Shown here: piece by piece, positions 48,144 to 57,392 of the stretch
Layout: each line of letters starts with the position of its first letter
Numbering within the stretch: the first letter of the stretch is position 1
DNA from: Pseudomonas phage pPa_SNUABM_DT01
Sequence record: MW735835.1
Direction: 5' to 3' (one strand)
DNA: 64,000 nt
Program-made: the position numbers and the translations under genes
Notes under the pieces: generated by a model
The model's database searches: none
Told to the model about the DNA's origin: nothing
What the model saw: the letters and a program-made list of their open reading frames with translations, nothing else

Positions 48144-49820
48144 ATGAGTACTGTCGACGATATCCCATTGGTGGGTGAGGTAAACCTCGAGCGAGGTTGG
48201 AAGATCTGGAACATGAAACAGATCTTCACCGGTCTGCCGGGTACTGGCAAGATCTGTCCCAACGTGGACGACCTGGTCATCGACCTCAAGACTGGCTGGT
48301 ACCTGGTGACCACCATCGACATTACCACCGGTAAGTGCACCATGATCCCGTGGACGCTGCCGATGGTCAGTCAGAACAACGTGGTCGTGGACCAACTGCT
48401 CGGCGTAGGCACCGGTGCTCAGTCCGAGACCTGGCGCGTCTACATCGACACCCGTCAGATGCCCTACTCGATGCAGATCGATGGCCGTCTGCACCTGTAC
48501 CGCAGCGATGCGGATCACTACAAGGTGTTCCTCGGCACTGACATCAGCGAGAACGGCACCCTGATCTCGGCGAGTTACTCGCCGTCGGGCGAATACCAGA
48601 ACGAGAACATCGGTCTGGAGCATGTTGGTGATGACAACATCAACAACTGGGCCATCTGGGCTCCGAAAGCAGGCAACACCAACCGCCGCCTGAACAACGG
48701 CGAAGTGGTCACGGTGGTGCTGTACAACGCTGTCGGCAATGCGCTGAGCCATTCGTCCATGCTGGTGGAAAACACCACGCTGGTACGCCGTACTGCGGCT
48801 GGCCTCAAGCACATCAAGTCCATCGGCATCAGTTCGCCGTACCTGTCGGAATCCGACCCGTCTCAACTGGTGGTCCCGATCAACGTGGACCTGCGTACCG
48901 TCACCCTGACCGGTGTCGTGCGCTACAACACCGGTGAAGAACTGGAAGTGCCGATCGTTCAAGACGGTACCGGCAAGATGTCCCTGCACGGCCTACGGTG
49001 GTATTCGCCGACCATTCAGTCGTACCCGCACAAGCTCACCCTGAGCTACCGTTTGAGCGAGGATGAGTTCTCTCTCGAGCACGGTGTGACCGAAGAAGGC
49101 TACATCACCGAACCGTTCACCATCAAGGCTGTAGCGGCAGAAGGCGCTTATAGTGTGCGGCTCTACGCCTTCCCGACCTGGAATTCTCCAGCGTCGCGTT
49201 ACGACCTGGATTTCTGGCTCTTCAATATCGACCGCGACCAGTACTACCGTGTACCGCGTTCGATCGTGGAAATCCCGGACAACGAAGTGGCCTTCGACGG
49301 CTCCGACTTCATCTCGCGTCAGCGTCTGAAGTTCGGCCTGCTCCTGAGCAACGTCGATCCGATTTTCCCGCAACACAAGTTCGTGCAGTCTGCTGAGATC
49401 GCTCTCAACAAGGCTGGCTCGGAAACCGGAGACAAGTGGCAGGTCAAGTGTGACCCGTCGCAAGAGAAGTTCTTCGGTGCGGGTGTGATTGCGAAGAACC
49501 GTTTCGTCAACGTCAACCTGTCGTACCTCGATCTGAAAGCGGGTGCAGCCGACCTCGATGCTTGGCTGAACAAGATCTACTACCCGCTCAACCATCTGTT
49601 CGACGACACCAGTGAAGTCCGTGCGCCGGAACCGACGCACTTCATCATTCACACCAAGACCCGCGAATATCCGTTTGCGGTGTCTCAGTGGAATCAGGAA
49701 TTCCCGATTCTCAACGATGTGACCATCGGCGAGACCATCTACCTGCGGTGGGTGCGGGAAACCTCCAGCGGCCAGCTTCAGCTGGGCGTGACTGGTCTGG
49801 CTATCGAACAGAGCAACTGA
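48144..49820 (+). CDS. hypothetical protein, 558 aa
   Basis: Protein-like ORF preceded by palindrome CACGGGGACA/TGTCCCCGTG. Confidence 0.55.
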   Translation: MSTVDDIPLVGEVNLERGWKIWNMKQIFTGLPGTGKICPNVDDLVIDLKTGWYLVTTIDITTGKCTMIPWTLPMVSQNNVVVDQLLGVGTGAQSETWRVYIDTRQMPYSMQIDGRLHLYRSDADHYKVFLGTDISENGTLISASYSPSGEYQNENIGLEHVGDDNINNWAIWAPKAGNTNRRLNNGEVVTVVLYNAVGNALSHSSMLVENTTLVRRTAAGLKHIKSIGISSPYLSESDPSQLVVPINVDLRTVTLTGVVRYNTGEELEVPIVQDGTGKMSLHGLRWYSPTIQSYPHKLTLSYRLSEDEFSLEHGVTEEGYITEPFTIKAVAAEGAYSVRLYAFPTWNSPASRYDLDFWLFNIDRDQYYRVPRSIVEIPDNEVAFDGSDFISRQRLKFGLLLSNVDPIFPQHKFVQSAEIALNKAGSETGDKWQVKCDPSQEKFFGAGVIAKNRFVNVNLSYLDLKAGAADLDAWLNKIYYPLNHLFDDTSEVRAPEPTHFIIHTKTREYPFAVSQWNQEFPILNDVTIGETIYLRWVRETSSGQLQLGVTGLAIEQSN

Positions 49821-49901
49821 TAGGGGCATGGGGCTGTCGGGGAAACCCGACAGTCCTGTGTGCCGTTCGACGCGATTTGACCAATCGCCTAGGGAAAGAC
49901 C

Positions 49902-52121
49902 ATGGAAACAATTCTCTTCAAGCGGGACTGGGACCGATACCCGACCGCGATTTGGGACCTCGAGACCAAGAACGAATCGTTCCTCGAATTCTCAGCCTTG
50001 CTGAAACACATGGGCGTCGAGAACCATCTCTTCATGCTTGCGCTCATGCAGCCAGACCTGCAAGGTGTCGACCCGTTCGACCCGTTCTTGACCGAAGAGC
50101 AAAAGCTCAAGATCAAGATCGAATGTACGTTCAACCCCTGGTACTTCATCCGTGAAGTGATGCGCGTACCACCAGCTGCGGGTGACACCCCGATGAAGCT
50201 GGAAGCCAACCGGGGCAACATCTCCTTGTGGTGGAGCTTCCTCAACCACATCGACTACTTCCTCGTGCAGATCCGTCAGACCGGTAAGTCGCTGAACTCT
50301 GACGGTATCTCCGTGTGGTACCAGGTCTTCGGTGCCCGTAACTCCCGTTCCAACTTGTTCACCAAGGGTGACTTGTTCAAGGAACACATTGCCCGTCTGA
50401 AGAAACTGCGGGGCTTGCTGCCCAAGTATCTGGTTAACATTGTCAAGAAGGACACGGACAACCAGAAAGAGTTCACCAACATGTCCCAGGGCAACCGCAT
50501 GGTGGTGTACATCCCGCAGAAAGACGAAGAAGCCGCCCGTAACCTGGGCCGGGGTCTGACTACCCCGCACAGCCACACTGACGAAATTGCATTCTTGAAG
50601 AACGTGCACATCTCGCTCGGTGTTATGCTGGCAGGTGGTGGTGCTGCTCGTGAAGAAGCGGCACGCAACGGCCTCCCGTACGGCAACATCTTCACCACTA
50701 CTGCTGGCGAACTGGACACCAAGGAAGGGGCTTACGCCTACGACCTGATGACCGGTGGGGCAGAGTGGAACGACAGCTTCTACGACTGTGCCAACAGCAC
50801 GGAACTGTACGAAGTCGTCCGTAAGCAATGCCGCAACAAAGACGCGATCCTCATCAACGGTACCTTCAACCACAAACAGCTCGGCAAGACCGATGCGTGG
50901 CTGCGGACCAAGATCGCTGAATCCCGTCAGACTGGTGACGAAGTCCGCCGTGACTACCTCAACGAATGGACCTCGGGTAACGCCCGAAACCCGCTGTCGA
51001 AAGATACCCTGCGGAAGATCCATGCGTCGGTAACCAAACCCACCTACCTCGAAATCGACAAGATGGATCACTACTCCATCCGTTGGTACATCCCGCAGTG
51101 GGAAGTCGAGGCTGGGATACCGAACCGTGAACTCACCATGGGCATGGATACATCCAACGCCGTGGGTCGAGACAACATCACTGGTGTGATCATTGACAAC
51201 AGTACCCTCGAGGTCGTGGGTGCGTGGACGGTCAACGACTCCAACCTCACTGTGTTTGCGATGTGGCTCGCCAAGATCCTCGTCCGCTTCCAGAAACTCA
51301 CGATGGTGCCCGAATCCAAGTCTACCTGGATCGGTATCCTCGACACCCTGTTGCTTACGCTGCCGACCCACAAGATCGATCCGTGCAAACGGATCTACTC
51401 GACCTTGGTGGATGCCAAGGACCAGTCGCCAGATGACCGTAGGCGTTACCACGAATACATCGGAGACCGGGACAACTACCGGTCGTACCGCAAGCACTTC
51501 GGTTTCCCCACCAACTCCCAGCTGCGTGAGATCATCTATGGTCCCGTGTTGCAGGAAGCGGCGAAGAAGACCGGTGCAGTGGTCCGCGATGCCAAACTTC
51601 AGGCAGAACTGTCGCGCCTCGTAGAGCGGAACGGTCGAATCGACCACGATGCCTCGGGTCACGACGACCACGTCATCAGTTGGTTGCTGTGCCACTGGTT
51701 CCTCACCTATGGCCGCAACCTCGAGCACTACGGCATTACCCTCAGTGAAGTGAAGCGTCGTGTATACGAAGCCGAACACAAGCTGTCCTGGGAAGAACAA
51801 CGCCGTTACGACCAGCAGCAAGACATCCGTGACGAGATCACTCAAATCGGTGAGCGCATCAGCCAAGAACGCAACACGTTCGAGCGGATCAAGCTTCAGC
51901 ACCGCTTGGAACTCTTGCTTCTGCAAGTCAGTGACGAGTTCGAAATGGAAGGGGCACAATCCCTAGACCAGATCAAGGAGAACAGTCGTGAGAAGTTGAA
52001 TATCGTCAACCGGAACTTCGGTCCGGGACGAGAACTCGAATTCGAACGACCGCTCAACTTGAACATGACGCAGCGTCGAGCCTATTCGATGCCGAGTCGC
52101 CAGAACGTGGTTGTTTGTTGA
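49902..52121 (+). CDS. terminase large subunit (T4 gp17-like)
   Basis: Deviant Walker A VQIRQTGKS (T4 gp17 SRQLGKT); Walker B-like TDEIAF; C-terminal nuclease-like acidic cluster IDHDASGHDDHVISW; SD AGGGAAA. Confidence 0.7.
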   Translation: METILFKRDWDRYPTAIWDLETKNESFLEFSALLKHMGVENHLFMLALMQPDLQGVDPFDPFLTEEQKLKIKIECTFNPWYFIREVMRVPPAAGDTPMKLEANRGNISLWWSFLNHIDYFLVQIRQTGKSLNSDGISVWYQVFGARNSRSNLFTKGDLFKEHIARLKKLRGLLPKYLVNIVKKDTDNQKEFTNMSQGNRMVVYIPQKDEEAARNLGRGLTTPHSHTDEIAFLKNVHISLGVMLAGGGAAREEAARNGLPYGNIFTTTAGELDTKEGAYAYDLMTGGAEWNDSFYDCANSTELYEVVRKQCRNKDAILINGTFNHKQLGKTDAWLRTKIAESRQTGDEVRRDYLNEWTSGNARNPLSKDTLRKIHASVTKPTYLEIDKMDHYSIRWYIPQWEVEAGIPNRELTMGMDTSNAVGRDNITGVIIDNSTLEVVGAWTVNDSNLTVFAMWLAKILVRFQKLTMVPESKSTWIGILDTLLLTLPTHKIDPCKRIYSTLVDAKDQSPDDRRRYHEYIGDRDNYRSYRKHFGFPTNSQLREIIYGPVLQEAAKKTGAVVRDAKLQAELSRLVERNGRIDHDASGHDDHVISWLLCHWFLTYGRNLEHYGITLSEVKRRVYEAEHKLSWEEQRRYDQQQDIRDEITQIGERISQERNTFERIKLQHRLELLLLQVSDEFEMEGAQSLDQIKENSREKLNIVNRNFGPGRELEFERPLNLNMTQRRAYSMPSRQNVVVC

Positions 52122-52126
52122 TGCGG

Positions 52127-52160
52127 CATACAGGGCAGGCCACTTGGCCTGCCCTGTATG
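52127..52160. terminator. bidirectional hairpin
   Basis: Stem CATACAGGGCAGGCC / GGCCTGCCCTGTATG between convergent genes. Confidence 0.5.
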
Positions 52161-52163
52161 TTG

Positions 52164-53039
52164 TCAGTGCGTTTCCAGCCACACCAGCATGCGCAGGTGG
52201 TTGGCGATGGAGCGTGCTCGGGCGAACAGTGCACAGAGGATCTCGCTGTTGAGCGGGTTCTGCATTTCACGGTCAATGAACTGGATGATCCGATGGGGTT
52301 CTTCATCGGTTCTGGCCAACTCACGGAACGATTGCAGTTTGGAGATCTCGACATCCATGGGTGGAAACACTGCGTCGATCTGATCAGCTACTGCATCGAA
52401 GCGTGCGGCCCAATGGACCATCGACTTGGCTTTCTCCGCATCCAAGCGGATCGGGTAGGCCGATTGACCGTAGTCAGGGCGCTGAGGGACCTGGAAGGTC
52501 ACCAGAACGTCACCGCGGAACGGAGAGACCTTGACCAAGGGTGCCTTCTCGCGCATGCCCAGTAGGCACGGCCGGACTTCCGAGAGGATCTCAGCAGCCG
52601 TCTTAGGACGACGAGCGAGTTCGACATCCTTGTTGATGACGTCGAGGCGGTAGGTGGTCATCTGCGCCCAGCCCAGGAAGGCAAAGATCCGAGTCTGCAC
52701 CATGCCAATGATGACCTGGTACATCTTGACCTCGGCCTCCAGTGCTCGGAACACCGCATCACCCAAAGGCTCACCGCCCAGCATCAACCAGGCGGCTACT
52801 GGGGTCTCGAATGACTTGGCCTCCTTACGGTACTCAGCCCGATCCAACCACTCATCCGTGTAGTGGTACTCCGACCCAGGGCGATTCCATGGACCGCTGG
52901 TGATCTTCTGAGTGCCGTAGATCGACGGCAATTCAAAACTACCAAAGATACGACCGAACTTCGACTCGGATTCCATGGAAACTCCAGCAGTCTCCTCACC
53001 TGCATAATTGGCACGCAGATACGCTTCGACGGTGGTCAT
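52164..53039 (-). CDS. hypothetical protein, 291 aa
   Basis: SD AGGAAA on the minus strand. Confidence 0.6.
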   Translation of the reverse strand: MTTVEAYLRANYAGEETAGVSMESESKFGRIFGSFELPSIYGTQKITSGPWNRPGSEYHYTDEWLDRAEYRKEAKSFETPVAAWLMLGGEPLGDAVFRALEAEVKMYQVIIGMVQTRIFAFLGWAQMTTYRLDVINKDVELARRPKTAAEILSEVRPCLLGMREKAPLVKVSPFRGDVLVTFQVPQRPDYGQSAYPIRLDAEKAKSMVHWAARFDAVADQIDAVFPPMDVEISKLQSFRELARTDEEPHRIIQFIDREMQNPLNSEILCALFARARSIANHLRMLVWLETH

Positions 53040-53041
53040 TG

Positions 53042-54304
53042 TTAGCTTTTCCTGTAATAGCTCATGGTGATGGTCCGTGCCACGATGTACAGGATGACGC
53101 CTGTCCGGATCGAGTTCACGAGGTTGTCGTTCTTGGTCTTCACGGCCTTGCGGATGATCTTCTCGCCCACGGTGCGCATTTGCATGAGCAGGTCGTTGTT
53201 CGAACGCGAGGCCTTGTACAGGTTGCTCAGTTTCGACAACAGGGCGGGGATGTCATTGGTGCGGATGGTGTTGCGGTTAGCCGCAATGAAGTCGAACAGG
53301 TGCTCGAGCGTCAAGTCTACCAACTTGGCCACATCAGGATCGCCCTTGAGTTTGGACGACTTGCTGGTGATGTACTCCAGTGCCTGGACCATGTTGTGGA
53401 GCGGCAGTTTTGGCATGGTGGATGCCACGATCTCGACCAGCTCCTGCACAATGAAGCTGTTGCGGTCAACGATGATCTCGTCGAGGTAACGACGATAAGT
53501 GGCGTACATGGACTTCTTGTTCTTGACGACCACTTCACCGTCCATGTTCACCGTGGTGTTGCTGTTGGTGCGGATCAGTGCAGTGGGATCGCGACGAACG
53601 ATCTCGAACTCATCCCGGATGTTCTTCAGGTAGCCTTTGATTCGGCCCTGGATGTCGTTCACCATGTAGATGATGTCGTAGTCATCGTCGAACTTCTGGT
53701 ACGTCTTGTTCTTGGTGTGCGGGGACGCCGCTTCCACGGTGGCCTCGGCACGGTACTGAAGCAGCGCGCCCCAGCTACCCAGTTCCTTGAGCTTGTACTT
53801 CTTCGGCAGGCGGGCATAAGTCGCCACAGCGACCGCTTCGTCAGCCCGGTTGGGGAACCAGTAAGCCAAGATCGAGGTGATGAACTTGTATTCCAGGATC
53901 AGCAGGGTGTCGATGATCGCACTGTGCTTTTCCTTGTCGTTCAGGTGGGTGGAATTGAAGATCTTGTGGACGACCCAGAGGCACGACAGGTTCATCACGT
54001 CCGTGGAGACGTAACGGACCTTCTTGGGATCGGGCACCAAGGTCGACAGAGTGAGCAAGTCTTCCTGAAGCGACACATCATCGATGTCAAGCACGGTGGC
54101 GAACCACTCGTTCCGGTCAGCACGGGTGAAACGGACATCTTGAACGCCCATCAAGTGACCGCCGAAGAAGGCTACGTGATCGTCGTTCTTGTTGGCAAAG
54201 TTTTGCCGGTACGTCTGAAGACGTCTGATGAAGGTGCGGTCTGCGACGATGTGCGAACCTGCCTCGTCAAACAGCGACTTCACATTGGGGGCGGGGGTTG
54301 ACAT
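53042..54304 (-). CDS. hypothetical protein, about 420 aa
   Basis: The track start 54529 would run through the divergent promoter and gene 54435. ATG at 54302-54304 (MSTPAPNVKSLF...) has AGGA upstream. Confidence 0.55.
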   Translation of the reverse strand: MSTPAPNVKSLFDEAGSHIVADRTFIRRLQTYRQNFANKNDDHVAFFGGHLMGVQDVRFTRADRNEWFATVLDIDDVSLQEDLLTLSTLVPDPKKVRYVSTDVMNLSCLWVVHKIFNSTHLNDKEKHSAIIDTLLILEYKFITSILAYWFPNRADEAVAVATYARLPKKYKLKELGSWGALLQYRAEATVEAASPHTKNKTYQKFDDDYDIIYMVNDIQGRIKGYLKNIRDEFEIVRRDPTALIRTNSNTTVNMDGEVVVKNKKSMYATYRRYLDEIIVDRNSFIVQELVEIVASTMPKLPLHNMVQALEYITSKSSKLKGDPDVAKLVDLTLEHLFDFIAANRNTIRTNDIPALLSKLSNLYKASRSNNDLLMQMRTVGEKIIRKAVKTKNDNLVNSIRTGVILYIVARTITMSYYRKS

Positions 54305-54356
54305 AGCTGGTATCCTGTTGGAGACAGTAGCCTGAGTATCATAGCGATACGCGGCT

Positions 54357-54394
54357 CCATTCGAAATTTCTTCAACCATACATGATAACGGTGA
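54357..54394 (+). promoter_or_regulatory. copy 4 of conserved AT-rich upstream element
   Basis: CCATTCGAAATTTCTTCAACCATACATGATAACGGTGA; 40 nt upstream of ATG 54435. Confidence 0.5.
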
Positions 54395-54434
54395 CTTAGC
54401 AACACTAACCAGTAATTGCCTTAGGAGTTTTACC

Positions 54435-55055
54435 ATGACCCTCGCTGCCCACCCGGTAATCAAGTTCCTCGCTAACAACGAAACCGAAGTGAACCTGCAC
54501 ATTGACCACGAAGCTCTGGAGACCATCATGAATCAGGAAGATAACCGCCCCATGGCCGATGACCTCTTCGCTCACATCCTGAGCCCTACCCGCATCGTGG
54601 CCAAAGGCGATACCATGGGCATCGGTGCCATCCAGGAAGTGGAAGGTACGCTGACCAGTCGGATCTTCTCGTTGCTGGAAGAGACCCGGGGCTGCAAGTT
54701 GCAAACGGAATTCCGTGAGCGTGCCTGGGATCATCCGGCCTACGAGCTGATTCATGACGAACTCAAGCAGGCTCTGCTGGCGGGTTCGCTGAACAGCAAG
54801 TTCGACCAGATCGAAACCACCGGCGCCGTCGTGGTCTACGACAAGCAGCGTAAGCTGGCGACCATCGGCCTGAACATGGTCGCCATGCGCAGCAACATCC
54901 GTGAGCAGGCATTCCTGATGGCTGACCACAAGAACGCGCGTATCATCGATCGCATCAACGGCGTCCCGGAAGCCAACTTCACCTTCGAGCCGAAGAAGAA
55001 GCCGGAACCGCATGTCGAGATGAGCACCACGTTCTACGTCACCTTCGAACTCTGA
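54435..55055 (+). CDS. hypothetical protein, 206 aa
   Basis: SD TAGGAG upstream of the ATG. Confidence 0.6.
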   Translation: MTLAAHPVIKFLANNETEVNLHIDHEALETIMNQEDNRPMADDLFAHILSPTRIVAKGDTMGIGAIQEVEGTLTSRIFSLLEETRGCKLQTEFRERAWDHPAYELIHDELKQALLAGSLNSKFDQIETTGAVVVYDKQRKLATIGLNMVAMRSNIREQAFLMADHKNARIIDRINGVPEANFTFEPKKKPEPHVEMSTTFYVTFEL

Positions 55056-55067
55056 ACATATCCCCTT

Positions 55068-55147
55068 GATCCTTACCACAGCCCCAAACCGGCTGTGGCG
55101 CTCCCCCTTAGCCGTTTAACGGCCGGTGTGGTAAGGATCTTTTTTTG
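55068..55147 (+). terminator. compound structured terminator (about 80 nt)
   Basis: Outer 13-bp stem GATCCTTACCACA / TGTGGTAAGGATC enclosing two internal hairpins (CACAGC/GCTGTG and GCCG/CGGC), then TTTTTTT. Confidence 0.55.
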
Positions 55148-55159
55148 CGGACATCCATC

Positions 55160-55573
55160 ATGACACCCCTTGACGTTGCAATCCTTGATTTCAAGGAACT
55201 GGTGAAAGTACACCAAGAGCGGACGAACAATCCGAACCCTCCACCTTTGACCCATGAACTGAAGCGGAAGATCGGTGATACCTTGGACCGTATCGCTGAG
55301 TTTGCTGTGGGGTATCAGAAAGACAGCTTGGTCGGATTACCGATCCTGGAGACTGTGGAATCCATGCGCTGTGTCAGACGGGATATCTACGAGCGACTCC
55401 AGGAAGAAGGTATCGAGTACTCCCATGCTGTCTCCAATGGAACCATCGCATGTGTTCTGACGGACAAGGAGACCGGAGCATCCATGCACGTCTCACTGAG
55501 TGATCGATTCGATCATGAGTTGCTCCATCGACTGTCCTGGGAACGGAAGATGGAGTGGGTAAGTCTCCACTGA
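55160..55573 (+). CDS. hypothetical protein, 137 aa
   Basis: The track start is a TTG inside the T-tract. ATG 55160 has no obvious SD. Confidence 0.4.
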   Translation: MTPLDVAILDFKELVKVHQERTNNPNPPPLTHELKRKIGDTLDRIAEFAVGYQKDSLVGLPILETVESMRCVRRDIYERLQEEGIEYSHAVSNGTIACVLTDKETGASMHVSLSDRFDHELLHRLSWERKMEWVSLH

Positions 55574-55580
55574 CAGACAT

Positions 55581-55614
55581 AGAGCCTAGGGATCTCCCTA
55601 GGCTCTTTTCTTTT
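55581..55614 (+). terminator. intrinsic terminator
   Basis: Stem AGAGCCTAGGGA / TCCCTAGGCTCT (loop tc), then TTTCTTTT. Confidence 0.6.
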
Positions 55615-55902
55615 GAATGAAGGGGGTCTGTATAGTATGCAAGTCTTGCTCACTTACTCGGGAAGGAAAGAGAAGGGGGTAAGACTAATGACGAACGAAG
55701 TGAGGAATTAGTCTGGGGGATGAGATAGGAAGGGTATAGTCTGCCGTGTTGGTGGCTATCTGGAGGGAGAGGTTACTCGACCGGAGGAGAGACAACACAC
55801 GAGCCCTTCTAGTGAGGCGAAGCCTCACCTTATATAGATTTTGGGATGACGACCCAAGTGATATGGCAATTTTCGTAGAGAAAAACTTTTAGACCTCCGC
55901 CC

Positions 55903-55932
55903 CAGTCAGCGCAAGCTGACGTTTTTATTTTT
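55903..55932 (+). terminator. intrinsic terminator inside the non-coding locus
   Basis: Stem CAGTCAGC / GCTGACG (loop gcaa), then TTTTTATTTTT. Confidence 0.5.
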
Positions 55933-55973
55933 GATGTCTGGATACTGTATAGCTTCGGCAATGGAGAAAACAC

Positions 55974-56459
55974 ATGAACCTGTTTGTATCGTTGGAGGAA
56001 GTGCTTTCTCCGATTGGTGAACCCAAAGCTCCGACTGTGGGCCTGCTGGTCCAAGACTGGGACGAGAACGTCACAGGTGTGGCGGAGCAAGTGGTCAACC
56101 TGGGCTATGGGGTCCAGCTGATCCCGGCGGGGGCGAAGTACTCCCCTGAAGGCATCGGTCACACCACCATGACCAAGAGCGCCAAAGAGAAGACACCCCA
56201 GTCGATCTCTGAACGCCGTGAGGACCATGGGGATGAAGGGGACAACGATGTCCCTGATCCTCGCAACTTCCCGCATCAGCCTCAAGTCCTGTTCTACTAC
56301 AAGGGCAAACCGGAAGATGCCGCAGAAGGAATCCCTGTCCTGGTCGCTGAGGATGGGAAAGTCAAAGTCAGCGTCGAAGGGCGCGTCAAGGAGTTGGCCG
56401 AGTACCTCGGCATGCTCGAGGAGAATGACAATGATCCAGGCGATCATGAATATCGTTGA
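55974..56459 (+). CDS. hypothetical acidic protein, 161 aa
   Basis: SD GGAGAAAA upstream of the ATG. Confidence 0.55.
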   Translation: MNLFVSLEEVLSPIGEPKAPTVGLLVQDWDENVTGVAEQVVNLGYGVQLIPAGAKYSPEGIGHTTMTKSAKEKTPQSISERREDHGDEGDNDVPDPRNFPHQPQVLFYYKGKPEDAAEGIPVLVAEDGKVKVSVEGRVKELAEYLGMLEENDNDPGDHEYR

Positions 56460-56760
56460 ATGGCTGTTGGTGTTGTTCGTTCTGTGGATGGCGGTGTACC
56501 CGTACATTGCGTATTTCCACAGTGAAAGGACCTTCAAGGGCATCCTAGTGGAGAATGGGGCGGGATACCTCATTGTCCTGGCCAGTAAGCTGCACAAGCA
56601 GTTCGTGGAGATCGTAGCGACGTTGGCCATTGTGGCCTTCTTGGCTGCGTGCTTCCCGAAGTTTGCTTACGCCGTGGCGATCTGGTTCTTCCAGGTGGCG
56701 GTCGTGTGCCACACTGCCCTCAAGGCAGGGCATGAACCGTACGTCACTGAGATCGGCTAG
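56437..56760 (+). CDS. membrane protein, 107 aa (multi-TM)
   Basis: MIQAIMNIVEWLLVLFVLWMAVYPYIAY...IVATLAIVAFLAACF...AIWFFQVAVVC; overlaps the upstream gene by 23 nt. Confidence 0.5.
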   Translation, partial: QAIMNIVEWLLVLFVLWMAVYPYIAYFHSERTFKGILVENGAGYLIVLASKLHKQFVEIVATLAIVAFLAACFPKFAYAVAIWFFQVAVVCHTALKAGHEPYVTEIG

Positions 56761-56768
56761 GAGCTGCC

Positions 56769-57260
56769 ATGGATAAGATCGTTCCCTTGAATCGTGCCAT
56801 CACCGCGATGTGCCGAGCCACTGCTGCGGTCCACCCGACCAATGTCACGTTGGCCTGGACCATCTACAAAGTGCCGGCGTTCTTCCTGGCTCAGCGTCAA
56901 GCAGATCAGGTGGCGTATGCATACCCGCTCACCTTGGCCCGTTTGATGTACTGGTTCGGCGATGCTCCGGTCAATGCGGCGCTGCATGCCCAGTGGCCTG
57001 AGACCATCAACCGTGACAAGCGCATGATCCTCGAGGCTTTGTTCAAACGTGTGATGATGCACGTGGATGAGATCCTCGACAGCGTCTCCCACCCAGCCGA
57101 TTGGCCCTCGTTGCCACCGGCCAGCACGGAATCGTTGGAGATCGCCCGTATCCTCCTTGCCTTCGAAGACTTCTTCACCAAGGCGATGGAGAGTGGGGAG
57201 ATCCCCGATACCGAGGAATGGTGGAAAGCCTTGACCGTCAAGGTCGAACCACAAGTCTAA
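56769..57260 (+). CDS. hypothetical protein, 163 aa
   Basis: SD TAGGAG upstream of the ATG. Confidence 0.6.
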   Translation: MDKIVPLNRAITAMCRATAAVHPTNVTLAWTIYKVPAFFLAQRQADQVAYAYPLTLARLMYWFGDAPVNAALHAQWPETINRDKRMILEALFKRVMMHVDEILDSVSHPADWPSLPPASTESLEIARILLAFEDFFTKAMESGEIPDTEEWWKALTVKVEPQV

Positions 57261-57291
57261 CATAGCGGAGGGCCTAGGCCCTCCGCTTATG
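57261..57291 (+). terminator. hairpin fused to TATGCCG motif
   Basis: Stem CATAGCGGAGGGCC / GGCCCTCCGCT(T)ATG, continuing as TATGCCGCC. Confidence 0.5.
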
Positions 57292-57306
57292 CCGCCTCAC
57301 CGAATT

Positions 57307-57344
57307 CTATTCGAATATTTTTCAGCAATACATAGTCACAGTGA
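57307..57344 (+). promoter_or_regulatory. copy 5 of conserved AT-rich upstream element
   Basis: CTATTCGAATATTTTTCAGCAATACATAGTCACAGTGA; 48 nt upstream of ATG 57393. Confidence 0.5.
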
Positions 57345-57392
57345 GCATGGATAAACCTGCTCGACAATTACCTGTTCTTAGGAGAACAAACA

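Noticed and set aside
44485-48168. 1227-aa reverse ORF
   Set aside because: Antisense to genes 44584-48105. The forward frames have normal Lys/Glu/Asn/Tyr/Phe-rich composition and SDs. The reverse frame is Arg/Val/His/Asp/Gly-rich.
55830-56630. 266-aa reverse ORF spanning the non-coding locus
   Set aside because: It runs antisense through gene 55974-56459 and the intergenic region, with no SD and shadow composition.
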